A stretch of 64,000 nucleotides of DNA, from the NCBI GenBank assembly GCA_024407995.1, contig JAKSVL010000001.1, forward strand, positions 13,467 through 77,466, read 5' to 3'. A model generated the notes under the pieces. That model worked only from the letters and a program-made list of their open reading frames with translations, was not told the origin of the DNA and ran no database searches. Shown one piece after another: positions 29,063 to 39,336 of this stretch. This DNA is from Bacilli bacterium (GTDB lineage: Bacteria; Bacillota_I; Bacilli_A; RFN20; CAG-826). Every line of letters begins with the position of its first letter. Position 1 is the stretch's first letter. Made by a program: the position numbers and the translations under genes.

Positions 29063-32000
29063 CTAATTTTCTCTATATAAACCATCAATGTAGTGATTTT
29101 TTTTCTTATCAACGTAAATATGATAGCCGACCATTGATACAAAGAACGAGGTTGTTGCTAGAGCACTAACAATGTAAGAAATGGTGAGATAAGGTGTTTG
29201 ATATGTCATGGTATATGTCATCTTTCCAGTAGGAGCTACAAATGAAACAAAACCGCCATTTCCCTTATATACCTTGATGTTTTGTTTTACACCGTTTTCA
29301 TCTTTCGCGGTAATCTTCCAGCCAATATCATAAGCGACACGCGATACAACAAATTTATTGCTAGTGTAGTTGGTAGAGAATGTAAATTTATCTTTTTGGT
29401 ATGTTACATCATCGACTTTGTTTTCGTACAAAGCGTTTCTTCTTGCTTCATAAACTGTTGGCTCTTCTGTGAAGATATCAATGATTTCACTGCCGTATTC
29501 ATTAAAAATGAAACTGTTAATAAATTTGCCACATATTGCCATATAATAGATATCTTTTTGGGCATAGAAACCACGCATAGCACAAGTGTTATCTGTGGTG
29601 TCGTCATCGTGAGCATCATACATGAAAATATTGTGATCTTTATCCATAAAATAGAAGTCGTATTTTTCACTACCAGAGAAAGGTGCGCGAATATACATTG
29701 CAGTTCCTTCAGGGAATAGTGGTTGATCCGCTACTTTTGAAGAATAAAGGGTAATATAATCCATTGATTTATTACGACCGGTATCGTCGAATCTTCTATA
29801 GTCGCCATATGTAAATTCTTCTTCAGGTGTGCCGAGTTTACTAATTTTATTAAATGGGTATTCCTTGGCTACGATATGGTTGCTAGTATTTGACCAAACA
29901 TCGTAGAAATAATAATTGTAGTCAACCGCTTCTGATAAATTTTTAAGAGTGGTGCCTGGTTTATAATCATCTACTACTAAACCATATTTAGAATTGATTT
30001 CCTCACCATCTTCTTTTGAAATAGCGGCTCTTGTAGAAAGAATAATTTCGTTATCGATAATGTTTTTGGTCATTCTCGCATTCTTTGGTAAGTCACCACT
30101 ATAAAGGCTTGAATAAACCAAACCAAAATCATTCATTTTGTTGTTTTTATAAACCAGGTATTCATTATTTTCAGTTAAATAATCATAATCGATTGGCACA
30201 TTAGCTTCGAATCCGTTCGGATAGTAATTGTTAATAGTGGCGTATTTACTCTTTTTCTTACTAACAAAGTAATATTTAACGCCTAATAAGTTGTCTAAAT
30301 CTTGATGTTTTCCGCGATAGTTGCCACCGACAGATTTAGAGTCGCTTCTCATGCCAGTCCATAATGTGAAATTATTAATTTCAAAATTATATAAAGAATG
30401 GAAAAAGCCAGCGGCATTATAGTTATTCATTAAGCTATTATTAACGCTCCAATCGTCGTTAATAGATGAATAAATACGATAATAGGATTTATCATCCTTG
30501 GTAACATCATCTAATAGATTCTTAAATCTTTCATTTTCTGCATAACCATTATTGTAATTGGTATCGTAACCATGACCCCATGTTACTAAATTACCCATCA
30601 CAACCGCTTCAAATGAAACGAAAATAGTGGCGCATATTTTGAAGGCTTTTTTGTTATAAGTAAAGAAGAATACTAGATAAACAATCGTGGTATATACTAG
30701 TTCAAGGATGAATGCTATGTTGGTAAAATCATATGATGGAGACCCGTTGTTATAGACAACAAAACGGTGCATATATTTGCCATAACTACCAGTATTTGGA
30801 TCGGATAATTTATATGTTAAAATCCATGAAGTAATAATACCTGCTAGAGCAAAGAAATAGCCAACATGGATGTGCCATTTTGAAACATCAGGAATTCTAT
30901 CGATATATAATCCGACATAAGCGATTAGTGATGTCGCTACAAAGAGTGTCCATCTTGCATAACCGTTAGTAAATCCCATAGTTAGGAAATACATGAATGG
31001 GGTGAATAGCGAAAGAACGAATAAGCTGAACGCCACTAGGTGCGACCATTTCTTTTCTTTTCCGGATTGGATTAAAGAAGGCACTAAGAACATGATAAAT
31101 GGTGTGTAGCACCATAATGAAACTGCCATATCATCAAAGTCCCAACTTTGGATTTGAAGTGAAGGTAAAGAACGACAAGTTGCAGCAGGAACAAAGAATT
31201 CTAAAATTGGGTAATAAACTCTCTTTGGCAAAATGTTGCCATGTTGATCTGGTGCAGCTTTCCAAGAGAAAAGCAATTTCAAGAATTGATCTGTTTTACC
31301 ACTGGTTAAGTATTGTTTTAATGTGCCGAAATATGAATATGAATCAAGTTTTGGTGATGCCATTGTGGCCATAACAGCAGGTCCAAAAACGAACATACTC
31401 ATTAGTAAACCGCCCGCAAAACCAACAAATCCGTATCCAAGGGTTTTTAAATTTTCTACAGATGTTTTTGTTTTAATTTTTTGGAAGAAACGGAACATTG
31501 CATAGATGAAACCACAAATGAGATATGGAACTGTTAAGACATAGTTACAAATAGCAAGGAAGAAAGTGCCAATACACAATATCCATGGTTTGTTGTCTTT
31601 TAGAACTTTCTCGATACCCCATAAAACAAGTGGGAAAAACACCAAAATATCTTGATAGTTGTTATACCAAAGATAGAAAGCACCCCAACCAGCGAACCCA
31701 TAAGCAATACCACATATTCTTGCGGTGGTGTCCTTCACATTGAAAGCGTGGCTCATGTATTTAGAGAAAAATAATCCCGCACATGAAAGTTTAACAATTG
31801 AACAAATTGCTATTGATTGTGGAACAAATGAGCGTGGTAGTAAAACAATAATGATGTTGAATGGCGAGAACAAACCATAATATGCGTTGGATCCAATAGA
31901 GTTGACACCTAAATAAACGGTTGGATCAAATAATGTAAAATGCCCGGTATGAATCCATTCGTGATAATAGTCCCAAATGTGATATCCCATAGGGATGTAT

Positions 32001-32206
32001 TGGCCACTATAATCACCGCCATATGCTAGTGAGAAACTATTTTCGGCCAACATTAATAAATAAAAGCCGATACTGATAGCGATAAGAACTAAAAAGTAAT
32101 AAAAATCATTAGGAATTTTCCAATTTTTTATCTTTTCGATAATTTTGTCGGTCTTTTCCTTTAATGAATTATTGCGTTTTTTATCGTTAGCAAATGATAC
32201 CTGCAT
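29063..32206 (-). CDS. Very large polytopic membrane protein, YfhO-family-like putative glycosyltransferase
   Basis: About 1047 aa from MQVSFANDKKR. The N-terminal half has many TM helices, and the large C-terminal half is predicted extracytoplasmic. The track start 32275 would overlap rsmI. ATG 32206 abuts the rsmI stop. Confidence 0.45.
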   Translation of the reverse strand: MQVSFANDKKRNNSLKEKTDKIIEKIKNWKIPNDFYYFLVLIAISIGFYLLMLAENSFSLAYGGDYSGQYIPMGYHIWDYYHEWIHTGHFTLFDPTVYLGVNSIGSNAYYGLFSPFNIIIVLLPRSFVPQSIAICSIVKLSCAGLFFSKYMSHAFNVKDTTARICGIAYGFAGWGAFYLWYNNYQDILVFFPLVLWGIEKVLKDNKPWILCIGTFFLAICNYVLTVPYLICGFIYAMFRFFQKIKTKTSVENLKTLGYGFVGFAGGLLMSMFVFGPAVMATMASPKLDSYSYFGTLKQYLTSGKTDQFLKLLFSWKAAPDQHGNILPKRVYYPILEFFVPAATCRSLPSLQIQSWDFDDMAVSLWCYTPFIMFLVPSLIQSGKEKKWSHLVAFSLFVLSLFTPFMYFLTMGFTNGYARWTLFVATSLIAYVGLYIDRIPDVSKWHIHVGYFFALAGIITSWILTYKLSDPNTGSYGKYMHRFVVYNNGSPSYDFTNIAFILELVYTTIVYLVFFFTYNKKAFKICATIFVSFEAVVMGNLVTWGHGYDTNYNNGYAENERFKNLLDDVTKDDKSYYRIYSSINDDWSVNNSLMNNYNAAGFFHSLYNFEINNFTLWTGMRSDSKSVGGNYRGKHQDLDNLLGVKYYFVSKKKSKYATINNYYPNGFEANVPIDYDYLTENNEYLVYKNNKMNDFGLVYSSLYSGDLPKNARMTKNIIDNEIILSTRAAISKEDGEEINSKYGLVVDDYKPGTTLKNLSEAVDYNYYFYDVWSNTSNHIVAKEYPFNKISKLGTPEEEFTYGDYRRFDDTGRNKSMDYITLYSSKVADQPLFPEGTAMYIRAPFSGSEKYDFYFMDKDHNIFMYDAHDDDTTDNTCAMRGFYAQKDIYYMAICGKFINSFIFNEYGSEIIDIFTEEPTVYEARRNALYENKVDDVTYQKDKFTFSTNYTSNKFVVSRVAYDIGWKITAKDENGVKQNIKVYKGNGGFVSFVAPTGKMTYTMTYQTPYLTISYIVSALATTSFFVSMVGYHIYVDKKKNHYIDGLYREN

Positions 32207-32207
32207 A

Positions 32208-33047
32208 CTAGAATACCAACTTCTTGATGTAATTTTTATTGACGTTGAATTCTTCGCTGACCACATTAATAGCATCTTTTTGGCTTAAACCAAGTTTTAC
32301 AAAATAAGCGATACGTGTAGCGATTTTATCGTCATCTATAGCGTTTTCTTCTTTGTTTCCTTCAACAATTAGAACGATTTCACCTTTAATGGTTGCTTCA
32401 TCGATTTTAATTAATTCATCGAGTTCACCGCGAATATATTCTTCGTTTAACTTTGTTAATTCTCTTGCGAGACAAATATTACGATTGCCTAATCCATCTC
32501 TTAATAAATTGAGCGTTTTATTAATTCTATGTGGTGCTTCGTAAAAAATTAATGTTTCTTTTTTATCTTTTAAACTAAGTATTTCTTCTTTTGCTTCATT
32601 TTCCTTTGCGGGTAAGAAACCATAAAAGAAGAAATGTTTGGTATCTAAGCCGGATGCTACTAAAGCATTAATAAAAGCACAGCTTCCAGAAATGGTGGAG
32701 ACATTGATATCATTTTTAATCATTTCTTTGACGAGAATATAACCAGGATCACTGATACCCGGATAACCAGCATCTGACATATATGCAACTTTTTTGCCAG
32801 ATTTGATTTTTTCTAGTAGATGTTGGCTGGCCTCCATTTCATTGTGCTCTCGTAATGAAAATAGTTCTTTCTTAATGCCATAATTTGCCAGTAATGAAAA
32901 AGCATTACGCGTATCTTCTGCTGCGATGATATCCATTTCTGAAATTATCTCAAGGGCTCTAGGAGACATTTCTTTTAGATTGCCGATTGGAGTGGCGATT
33001 AAATAAAGAATTGGCCTATTCCCATCAAATGATTTATTTCTGTCCAT
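32208..33047 (-). CDS. rsmI: 16S rRNA (cytidine1402-2'-O)-methyltransferase
   Basis: ILYLIATPIGNLKEMSPRALEIISEMDIIAAEDTR. Confidence 0.9.
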   Translation of the reverse strand: MDRNKSFDGNRPILYLIATPIGNLKEMSPRALEIISEMDIIAAEDTRNAFSLLANYGIKKELFSLREHNEMEASQHLLEKIKSGKKVAYMSDAGYPGISDPGYILVKEMIKNDINVSTISGSCAFINALVASGLDTKHFFFYGFLPAKENEAKEEILSLKDKKETLIFYEAPHRINKTLNLLRDGLGNRNICLARELTKLNEEYIRGELDELIKIDEATIKGEIVLIVEGNKEENAIDDDKIATRIAYFVKLGLSQKDAINVVSEEFNVNKNYIKKLVF

Positions 33048-33909
33048 TCTTGTTTTCCTTATTCTTTTTGAAATGAGTTTGCTTAATAAAATCTTCGAGT
33101 GGTAAGAATTTTATATCATCTTCATTTTCAATTTTGACAACACTAGAGAGAATATTGATGTTTGTTACTGTGTATTCAACTTTATCAATGAAGAAACGGG
33201 AGCCTAATTCAGGATATTTCTTTCTTTCCTCTGTATAAGCGTCGTCTTCATATTTTAAGCAGCAAATCAATTTACCACATTGTCCACTTAACTTAGGAAT
33301 ATTGATAGCGAGCATTTGATTTTTTGCTCTATTGATTGAAATACCGTCGAATTCGTTTAAGAAGGTAGAACAGCAAAGTGGCAAACCACAAGAGCCTAAT
33401 CCACCAATCATTTTAGCCTTGTCTCTAGAACCAATTTGACGTAATTCAATTCTGGTGTGTAATTTAGATGCTAGCACCTTCAATAATTCACGGAAATCAA
33501 CGCGATCGTCTGCTAAATAAGAGAACAAAACTTTTGATTTATCAAGAGTGTATTCGCAAGAAATAAGGTTCATATCTAAACCTAATTTTTTTACTTCTGA
33601 TTCGCAGATTTCTAGCGCAAACTGTGCGTCTTTTGCATTTATTTCTGATAATTTGATATCTGTATCGGTGGCTTTTCTAATAACCGGTTTTAAAAGCAAA
33701 CCATTGCTATATCTTTCAATAGACATTGGTTCAATAGCGATGACACCTAGCTCAATACCGCGAATGGTTTCGACGATAACCTTGTCATCTAATTTTAATT
33801 CAAGATCTTTAACGCCGAAAAAATAAGCGCGAGGTGTATTTAAAAACTTCACTCCTACAAAGTGAGTATATTCATTTATTACTTCTTCTTGTTTTGGTGT
33901 ATTCATCAT
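33034..33909 (-). CDS. ricT: PSP1-domain protein (YaaT/RicT-like)
   Basis: A Cys-rich PSP1 C-terminal segment GSCGLPLCCSTFLNEFDGISINRAKNQ...GQCGKLICCLKYE. Confidence 0.85.
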   Translation of the reverse strand: MMNTPKQEEVINEYTHFVGVKFLNTPRAYFFGVKDLELKLDDKVIVETIRGIELGVIAIEPMSIERYSNGLLLKPVIRKATDTDIKLSEINAKDAQFALEICESEVKKLGLDMNLISCEYTLDKSKVLFSYLADDRVDFRELLKVLASKLHTRIELRQIGSRDKAKMIGGLGSCGLPLCCSTFLNEFDGISINRAKNQMLAINIPKLSGQCGKLICCLKYEDDAYTEERKKYPELGSRFFIDKVEYTVTNINILSSVVKIENEDDIKFLPLEDFIKQTHFKKNKENKNGQK

Positions 33910-33912
33910 AAG

Positions 33913-34908
33913 TTAATCCTCTTTAACGATGGTATAAAATAAGTGGTCAATGAGAAGCGGAATGTTGACATTAAGATTGAGAATTCCGTTACATTTTAAT
34001 AATTCTATCAAACTTTCATCTAAATGAGAAAGTTTACCTGCTAAGGTTTCTAATATTGTAGCATAACTTTCCAAAAAAGCACTTTTTTGGTTCTTGATGT
34101 TGATCATATCTTCAAAAGCCATGACTAACATATTGATAAAATAACGACAAGATTCTTTACTTTTTATTGTGCTAACCAGATTGCTCTGAGATTGATAAAT
34201 AATATCGTTCGCATCGCCATCAGCTAATGATTCGATAATGTCTTCGAAGCACTTTTTAGCAACAAAGAAAGCCTCGTTTGAATCTTTATCATCAAGAATT
34301 TCTTTAATCAATTCTCCGTCGTTGTAAAAATATGAGAGCAATTCAGCATCTTTTCTTTCTACGCCTAGTTCAACTGCGGTGTTGATGACAATTGATTTGT
34401 CAATTAATTTCAATCTTAAGACTTGGCATCTGGAAATAATTGTGGGAAGAATGGCATTCTCGTTATTTGTGGTTAAGAATGCATATACTTTTTGTCCAGG
34501 CTCTTCTAAAAACTTCAAAATGCTATTGATTGCTTCGGGTGTTGTGTTCTCAACAAGATTCAAAATGTATACACGTATCCCCTTATTTTCAAAAGCTTTC
34601 TTTTCAAAAGCGGTTTCAATGGACGTGATATCATCTTTTTTGATTGAGCTTTTACTGCCATCAAAAATGATACAATCAGGATAGTTTCCATCATCCACCC
34701 TTAAACAAGTAATGCACGAATTACAGGCTAATGGAGAAGGGTCGTCACATAGTATTGATTTTGCGAAAAACAAAGCTACATCGAGTAATGGTGCGCCATT
34801 GCTTCCGGATATCAAATAAGCATGAGAAAGTTGATCCTTTTGAAATGAATTAAGGAATGTTTGATATATAACTGTTTGGTATGTCTTTAAATATCTCTCT
34901 ACTTGCAT
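33913..34908 (-). CDS. holB: DNA polymerase III delta' subunit
   Basis: A degenerate AAA+ region (HAYLISGSNGAPLLDVALFFAKSILC). Position is conserved between tmk and yaaT. Confidence 0.8.
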   Translation of the reverse strand: MQVERYLKTYQTVIYQTFLNSFQKDQLSHAYLISGSNGAPLLDVALFFAKSILCDDPSPLACNSCITCLRVDDGNYPDCIIFDGSKSSIKKDDITSIETAFEKKAFENKGIRVYILNLVENTTPEAINSILKFLEEPGQKVYAFLTTNNENAILPTIISRCQVLRLKLIDKSIVINTAVELGVERKDAELLSYFYNDGELIKEILDDKDSNEAFFVAKKCFEDIIESLADGDANDIIYQSQSNLVSTIKSKESCRYFINMLVMAFEDMINIKNQKSAFLESYATILETLAGKLSHLDESLIELLKCNGILNLNVNIPLLIDHLFYTIVKED

Positions 34909-35519
34909 ATTCTAGAAAGCATGGTTTCCAATGTTTTCTTAGCAACATTTTCTCTACTTTGGCTCGCGTCAATAACAACAAAACGTTCTGGATAACGTCT
35001 TGCTAATTCTAAAAATGTATTTCTAACTTTGTTGTGGAATTCAATTTTTTCTAAATCTAATCTATTGACTTCACGATCGGCGTTTGCGGCGATTCTTGCT
35101 AATCCAATTTCTGGATCGATATCGAATAATAATGTTAAATCAGGGAATGTACCCTCTGTTGCAAAGCTGTTGACTTGTAAAATATTATCCACGCCTAGTC
35201 CACGAGCGCCGCCCTGATAGGCTAATGATGAATCAAGATAGCGATCGCAAATGACGATTTTGCCTTCTTTTAATGCCGGCCAAACTTTTTCGACGAGATG
35301 TTGTCTTCTGGAAGCGGCATATAAAAGCGCTTCTGTTCGTTGGTCCATGGCGACATTATTTTTATCAAGAATAACGTTGCGAATTTGTTCAGCGATAGGT
35401 GTGCCACCAGGTTCACGAGTGCGAACAATTTGATAGCCCATCTTTTTTAATTCTTCGACTGCGGTATCAACTGCGGTTGTTTTACCAGATCCTTCTGGTC
35501 CTTCAATTGTGATAAACAT
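34899..35519 (-). CDS. tmk: Thymidylate kinase
   Basis: MFITIEGPEGSGKTT P-loop, 206 aa. Confidence 0.9.
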   Translation of the reverse strand: MFITIEGPEGSGKTTAVDTAVEELKKMGYQIVRTREPGGTPIAEQIRNVILDKNNVAMDQRTEALLYAASRRQHLVEKVWPALKEGKIVICDRYLDSSLAYQGGARGLGVDNILQVNSFATEGTFPDLTLLFDIDPEIGLARIAANADREVNRLDLEKIEFHNKVRNTFLELARRYPERFVVIDASQSRENVAKKTLETMLSRICK

Positions 35520-35531
35520 ATAATGCCTCCG

Positions 35532-36128
35532 CTATAACTTACGACGTCCTTCAATGGCTTTGGATAAAGTCAAAGAATCTGTGTATTCTAAGTTACCGCC
35601 CATTTGCAAGCCATAAGCTAACCTTGTAACATTATCAACTTTTGGCTCTAATAATTTTGCTAAATATAAGGCGGTTGTTTCTCCTTCAATTGTAGGGTTT
35701 GTAGCAATAATAACTTCTCTAAAGTGTTGCTTTTCTACTCTTTCAAGAAGGGAATTAATATTTAAATCTTCAATACTTCCACCTTTTCCTAATGAAATAA
35801 CACCATTAAGAACGTGGTATAGTCCGTGATATGTTTCAGCGTTTTCAAATGCGATGACATCTTTTGGATAAGATACAACCATTAAGACATCTTCTTCGCG
35901 ATCGTCGCTTTCACATATTTCGCATTTTTCGTCTTCTGCTAAAAATCCACAGATAGGGCAGGCGTGTATTGATTGTTTGAGGTTTATTAGCGCATTTGAA
36001 AACTCATTTATATCTTCCTCATCTAGGCCTAATAGCGCGTACGCCATACGTTCGGCGCTGCGTCTGCCAACACCAGGAAGTTTTGCTAACGATTCCTCTA
36101 AACGAACGAGTGCTTTTAATTTTTCCAT
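35532..36128 (-). CDS. recR: Recombination protein RecR
   Basis: LAKLPGVGRRSAERMAYALL helix-hairpin-helix, a C4 zinc finger and a Toprim domain. Confidence 0.95.
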   Translation of the reverse strand: MEKLKALVRLEESLAKLPGVGRRSAERMAYALLGLDEEDINEFSNALINLKQSIHACPICGFLAEDEKCEICESDDREEDVLMVVSYPKDVIAFENAETYHGLYHVLNGVISLGKGGSIEDLNINSLLERVEKQHFREVIIATNPTIEGETTALYLAKLLEPKVDNVTRLAYGLQMGGNLEYTDSLTLSKAIEGRRKL

Positions 36129-36430
36129 TAAAAGCCTAAACCTCCGCTTTGTCCGGTAATGCGTTCGTTAATTTCTTCGCTTTCTGCTTCGATTTTTTCC
36201 ATTGCTTCGTTAATTGCCAAAGCAATCATATCTTCGATCATTTCTTTATTGTCGGCATCGAATGCATCGGCTTCAATTTTAATTGATTTGATTTCTCTAC
36301 TACCGAGAACTGTAACTGTAACTGCGCCACCTTTAGTAACAACAAATTCTTTTTGTGCTAATTCAGCTTGTGCTTTTCTTAATTCTCTTTGCATTTTTTG
36401 GGCTTGTGCCACCATTTGTTGCATGTTCAT
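36128..36430 (-). CDS. ybaB: Nucleoid-associated protein YbaB/EbfC
   Basis: MNMQQMVAQAQKMQRELRKAQAEL, 100 aa. Confidence 0.9.
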   Translation of the reverse strand: MNMQQMVAQAQKMQRELRKAQAELAQKEFVVTKGGAVTVTVLGSREIKSIKIEADAFDADNKEMIEDMIALAINEAMEKIEAESEEINERITGQSGGLGF

Positions 36431-36436
36431 AACTCT

Positions 36437-38128
36437 TTATTCTCCTTCAAATTCGATATTAATTGAGTCAGCTTTTGGTAATTTGCTAATTTGTAATTTA
36501 TTCATATAGTTTTGTTGGCATCTTACTGATTCTTTTCTTGATACGGCATAGACAAACATCTTTTTGCCGAAGACTGTTTCAATGACATTTTGGATGTTTT
36601 CTTGATTTTCAATAAGGTTGCCTCTTTCCGCGGTAGTTGGAAGTTGATATTCCACAACCAATACTTTATTAGATGCCACTAAAGGACGACCATCCGCGAG
36701 TAATGATGCGGCTTTTCCTAATACTGGATGAGCAATATATCGTTTAAGATTGCCCCATTCATCAAGAAGTTTATTTTTAATATCCTTTTTGGAAACGACC
36801 ATGATATCGATCATCAAGTCATCATCAATAAAGAACGAATCATCTTTTCTTGTATTTTTAATAGCAACTACACCCTCGGATAAAACTACTGGTTTAACTT
36901 CGGGTTTGGGTTGATCTAATAAAGAAATCATTTCCTCTTCTTTTACCTTAATTGGTTCTGGTTCACGAGGTTTTTCGACTACCACTGGTTCCGGTTTTGG
37001 TAGTGGTTTTTCAATCACAGGCTCTGGGATTTCTTGTATTGATGCGCCATCCTTTTTCGCGGTGATTAATTTCAAAATAGTAACTTCGAATAGTGGAATA
37101 ATTGAAGTGACATTTTTAAAGTCTTTTTGAGCGTTCATGATGATATCAATCATGTTTAAAGTTTCTTCAACGCTTAATCTTCTGAGGAATGATTTGGCTT
37201 CTTGTTCATCTAACGTTTCAAGGCATGAAATATTGCGAGATGATTGATAAATCAATATATCCTTTAATATTATAAGGAGATCATCGGTTAATCTCTTGAT
37301 ATCTGTTCCTAAAGAAACATAACGATTTATTCTGCTTAAAACATCAGAAACATTTTTATTAATAATTGAGTCCAATAATGCTAATTTTTCCTCTTTAGAT
37401 TCGAGGGCAAATATGTCGAGAATATCTTGCACATCAAGTTTATTACCAGAATAAGCTAGAACTTGATCAAGAATTGATAAAGCGTCTCTCATACCGCCAT
37501 CCGCTAATGAGATGATAATGTCGATCGCATCATCGTTATAGGCAACGCCCTCATTTTCTAATACCGCTTTGAGCCTATTTTTAATATCGTTATCGCTTAA
37601 TTTGGTGAAATCGTATCTTTGGCAACGTGACAATATAGTTGGCAAAATTTTGTGTGGTTCGGTTGTTGCCAAGATGAATATAACATGTTCAGGTGGTTCT
37701 TCTAATGTCTTAAGAAGAGCATTGAAAGCACCGGTTGATAGCATGTGAACTTCGTCAATAATATAAACCTTGTATTTACCTAAAATTGTACCGTATTTGA
37801 CTTTATCAATTAGGTCTCTGATTTCATCAACGCCATTATTGCTAGCGGCATCTAATTCCAAAACATCAGGGTGTGTGCCTTCAATAATTGCTTTACAGTT
37901 TTTACACTCATTGCATTGACACCCCATGCCTTCGTCACAATTTAAAGCCTTGGCTAATAATTTGGCCATTGTGGTTTTACCTGTACCTCTTGGACCTGCG
38001 AATAAATAAGCATGTGCTAATTTTCCAGTCGCTAAAGCGTTCTTTAAAGTTCTGACAATATGTTCTTGTCCGGCAACTTCATCAAAAGTGCTTGGACGAT
38101 ATGTTCGATATAGAGCTTTATAAGCCAT
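36437..38128 (-). CDS. dnaX: DNA polymerase III subunits gamma/tau
   Basis: AAA+ GPRGTGKTT, an arginine finger, and a C4 zinc module CDEGMGCQCNECKNC. Confidence 0.9.
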   Translation of the reverse strand: MAYKALYRTYRPSTFDEVAGQEHIVRTLKNALATGKLAHAYLFAGPRGTGKTTMAKLLAKALNCDEGMGCQCNECKNCKAIIEGTHPDVLELDAASNNGVDEIRDLIDKVKYGTILGKYKVYIIDEVHMLSTGAFNALLKTLEEPPEHVIFILATTEPHKILPTILSRCQRYDFTKLSDNDIKNRLKAVLENEGVAYNDDAIDIIISLADGGMRDALSILDQVLAYSGNKLDVQDILDIFALESKEEKLALLDSIINKNVSDVLSRINRYVSLGTDIKRLTDDLLIILKDILIYQSSRNISCLETLDEQEAKSFLRRLSVEETLNMIDIIMNAQKDFKNVTSIIPLFEVTILKLITAKKDGASIQEIPEPVIEKPLPKPEPVVVEKPREPEPIKVKEEEMISLLDQPKPEVKPVVLSEGVVAIKNTRKDDSFFIDDDLMIDIMVVSKKDIKNKLLDEWGNLKRYIAHPVLGKAASLLADGRPLVASNKVLVVEYQLPTTAERGNLIENQENIQNVIETVFGKKMFVYAVSRKESVRCQQNYMNKLQISKLPKADSINIEFEGE

Positions 38129-38262
38129 AATAAATCACCTGGATTAAGTATATACCAAAACAGCGAGATAATGAAATGTTAATATACTATTAAGCTAACT
38201 ATTTATCTCTTTTTCTAGTGGAGGAGGTATGATACAATACATAGCGGTTAGAGGAATTTATT

Positions 38263-39336
38263 ATGGAAGATAGCATGTATCAACGTCTTGAAGCCGCGAC
38301 AAAACGTCTAAAAGAAATCGATGAAGAACTAGTAAGTGAAGATGTCATGAAGGACATCGCACACTTTAGAGAAATCTCAAAAGAAAGAGCGTATCTCGAC
38401 CCACAGGTTGAGGCTTTTCAACGTTATCAAAAAAACGAAAACGAAATTAAAGACGCCAAAATTATGGCTCATGACTCTGATCCAGAACTTGCTGAAATGG
38501 GCAAAGAAGAAATTAAACGTCTCGAAGCCGAACAAGAGCAACTTATTGAAGATTTAAAAGAAATGCTTCTTCCAAGAGATCCTAATGATGATAAAAATAT
38601 TATTGTTGAAATTAGAGGTGCTGTCGGTGGTGATGAAGCCAATATCTTTGCTGGTGACCTTTTCAGAATGTACACAAGATACGCAGAATCTCAAGGTTGG
38701 AAAATTCAAATTCTTGATGAAAACCCATCTGAATCCGGTGGCTTTGCTTTGATATCTTTCAAAATTAGTGGCAACCGTGTATTCTCTAAACTCAAATTCG
38801 AGAGTGGTGCCCATCGTGTTCAAAGAGTTCCTAAGACAGAAGCTTCTGGCCGTATTCACACAAGTACTGCAACAGTTTTAGTGATGCCTGAAGCTGAAGA
38901 AATTGATATTCAAATTAATCCAAACGACTTACAAGTTGATACATATCATAGCCAAGGTGCAGGTGGACAAAACGTTAATAAAACAGAATCTGCTGTTCGT
39001 ATTACCCATATTCCTACCGGTACAGTTGTTGCGTGTCAAACTGAAAAATCTCAAATTCAAAATAGAGAAATAGCTATGCAAATGTTACGTACAAAAATGT
39101 ATGCTAATATGCTTGCAGAACAACAAGAAAGGCTTGGTAATGAACGCCGCTTAAAGATTGGTACCGGTGAAAGATCTGAAAAAATTAGAACTTATAACTA
39201 TCCACAAAATAGAGTAACTGATCACCGTATTGGCTTTACTATTCAAAAATTAGATAGAGTTATTGAAGGTGAACTTGACGAAGTTATTGATGCATTAGTC
39301 CATTACGACCAATCTACAAAATTAGCGGGTGAATAA
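38263..39336 (+). CDS. prfA: Peptide chain release factor 1
   Basis: GGQ motif ([24 protein letters not shown]) and the RF1-specific QRVPKTEASGRIHTS region. Confidence 0.9.
   Translation: MEDSMYQRLEAATKRLKEIDEELVSEDVMKDIAHFREISKERAYLDPQVEAFQRYQKNENEIKDAKIMAHDSDPELAEMGKEEIKRLEAEQEQLIEDLKEMLLPRDPNDDKNIIVEIRGAVGGDEANIFAGDLFRMYTRYAESQGWKIQILDENPSESGGFALISFKISGNRVFSKLKFESGAHRVQRVPKTEASGRIHTSTATVLVMPEAEEIDIQINPNDLQVDTYHSQGAGGQNVNKTESAVRITHIPTGTVVACQTEKSQIQNREIAMQMLRTKMYANMLAEQQERLGNERRLKIGTGERSEKIRTYNYPQNRVTDHRIGFTIQKLDRVIEGELDEVIDALVHYDQSTKLAGE

Noticed and set aside
38129-38262. Searched the dnaX upstream spacer for an SRP RNA (ffs/scRNA), which often precedes dnaX in Firmicutes
   Set aside because: The 134-bp spacer is AT-rich. 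It has no GGAA/AGCAGG domain-IV-like motif and no stable long helix, so there is no evidence for an ncRNA here.
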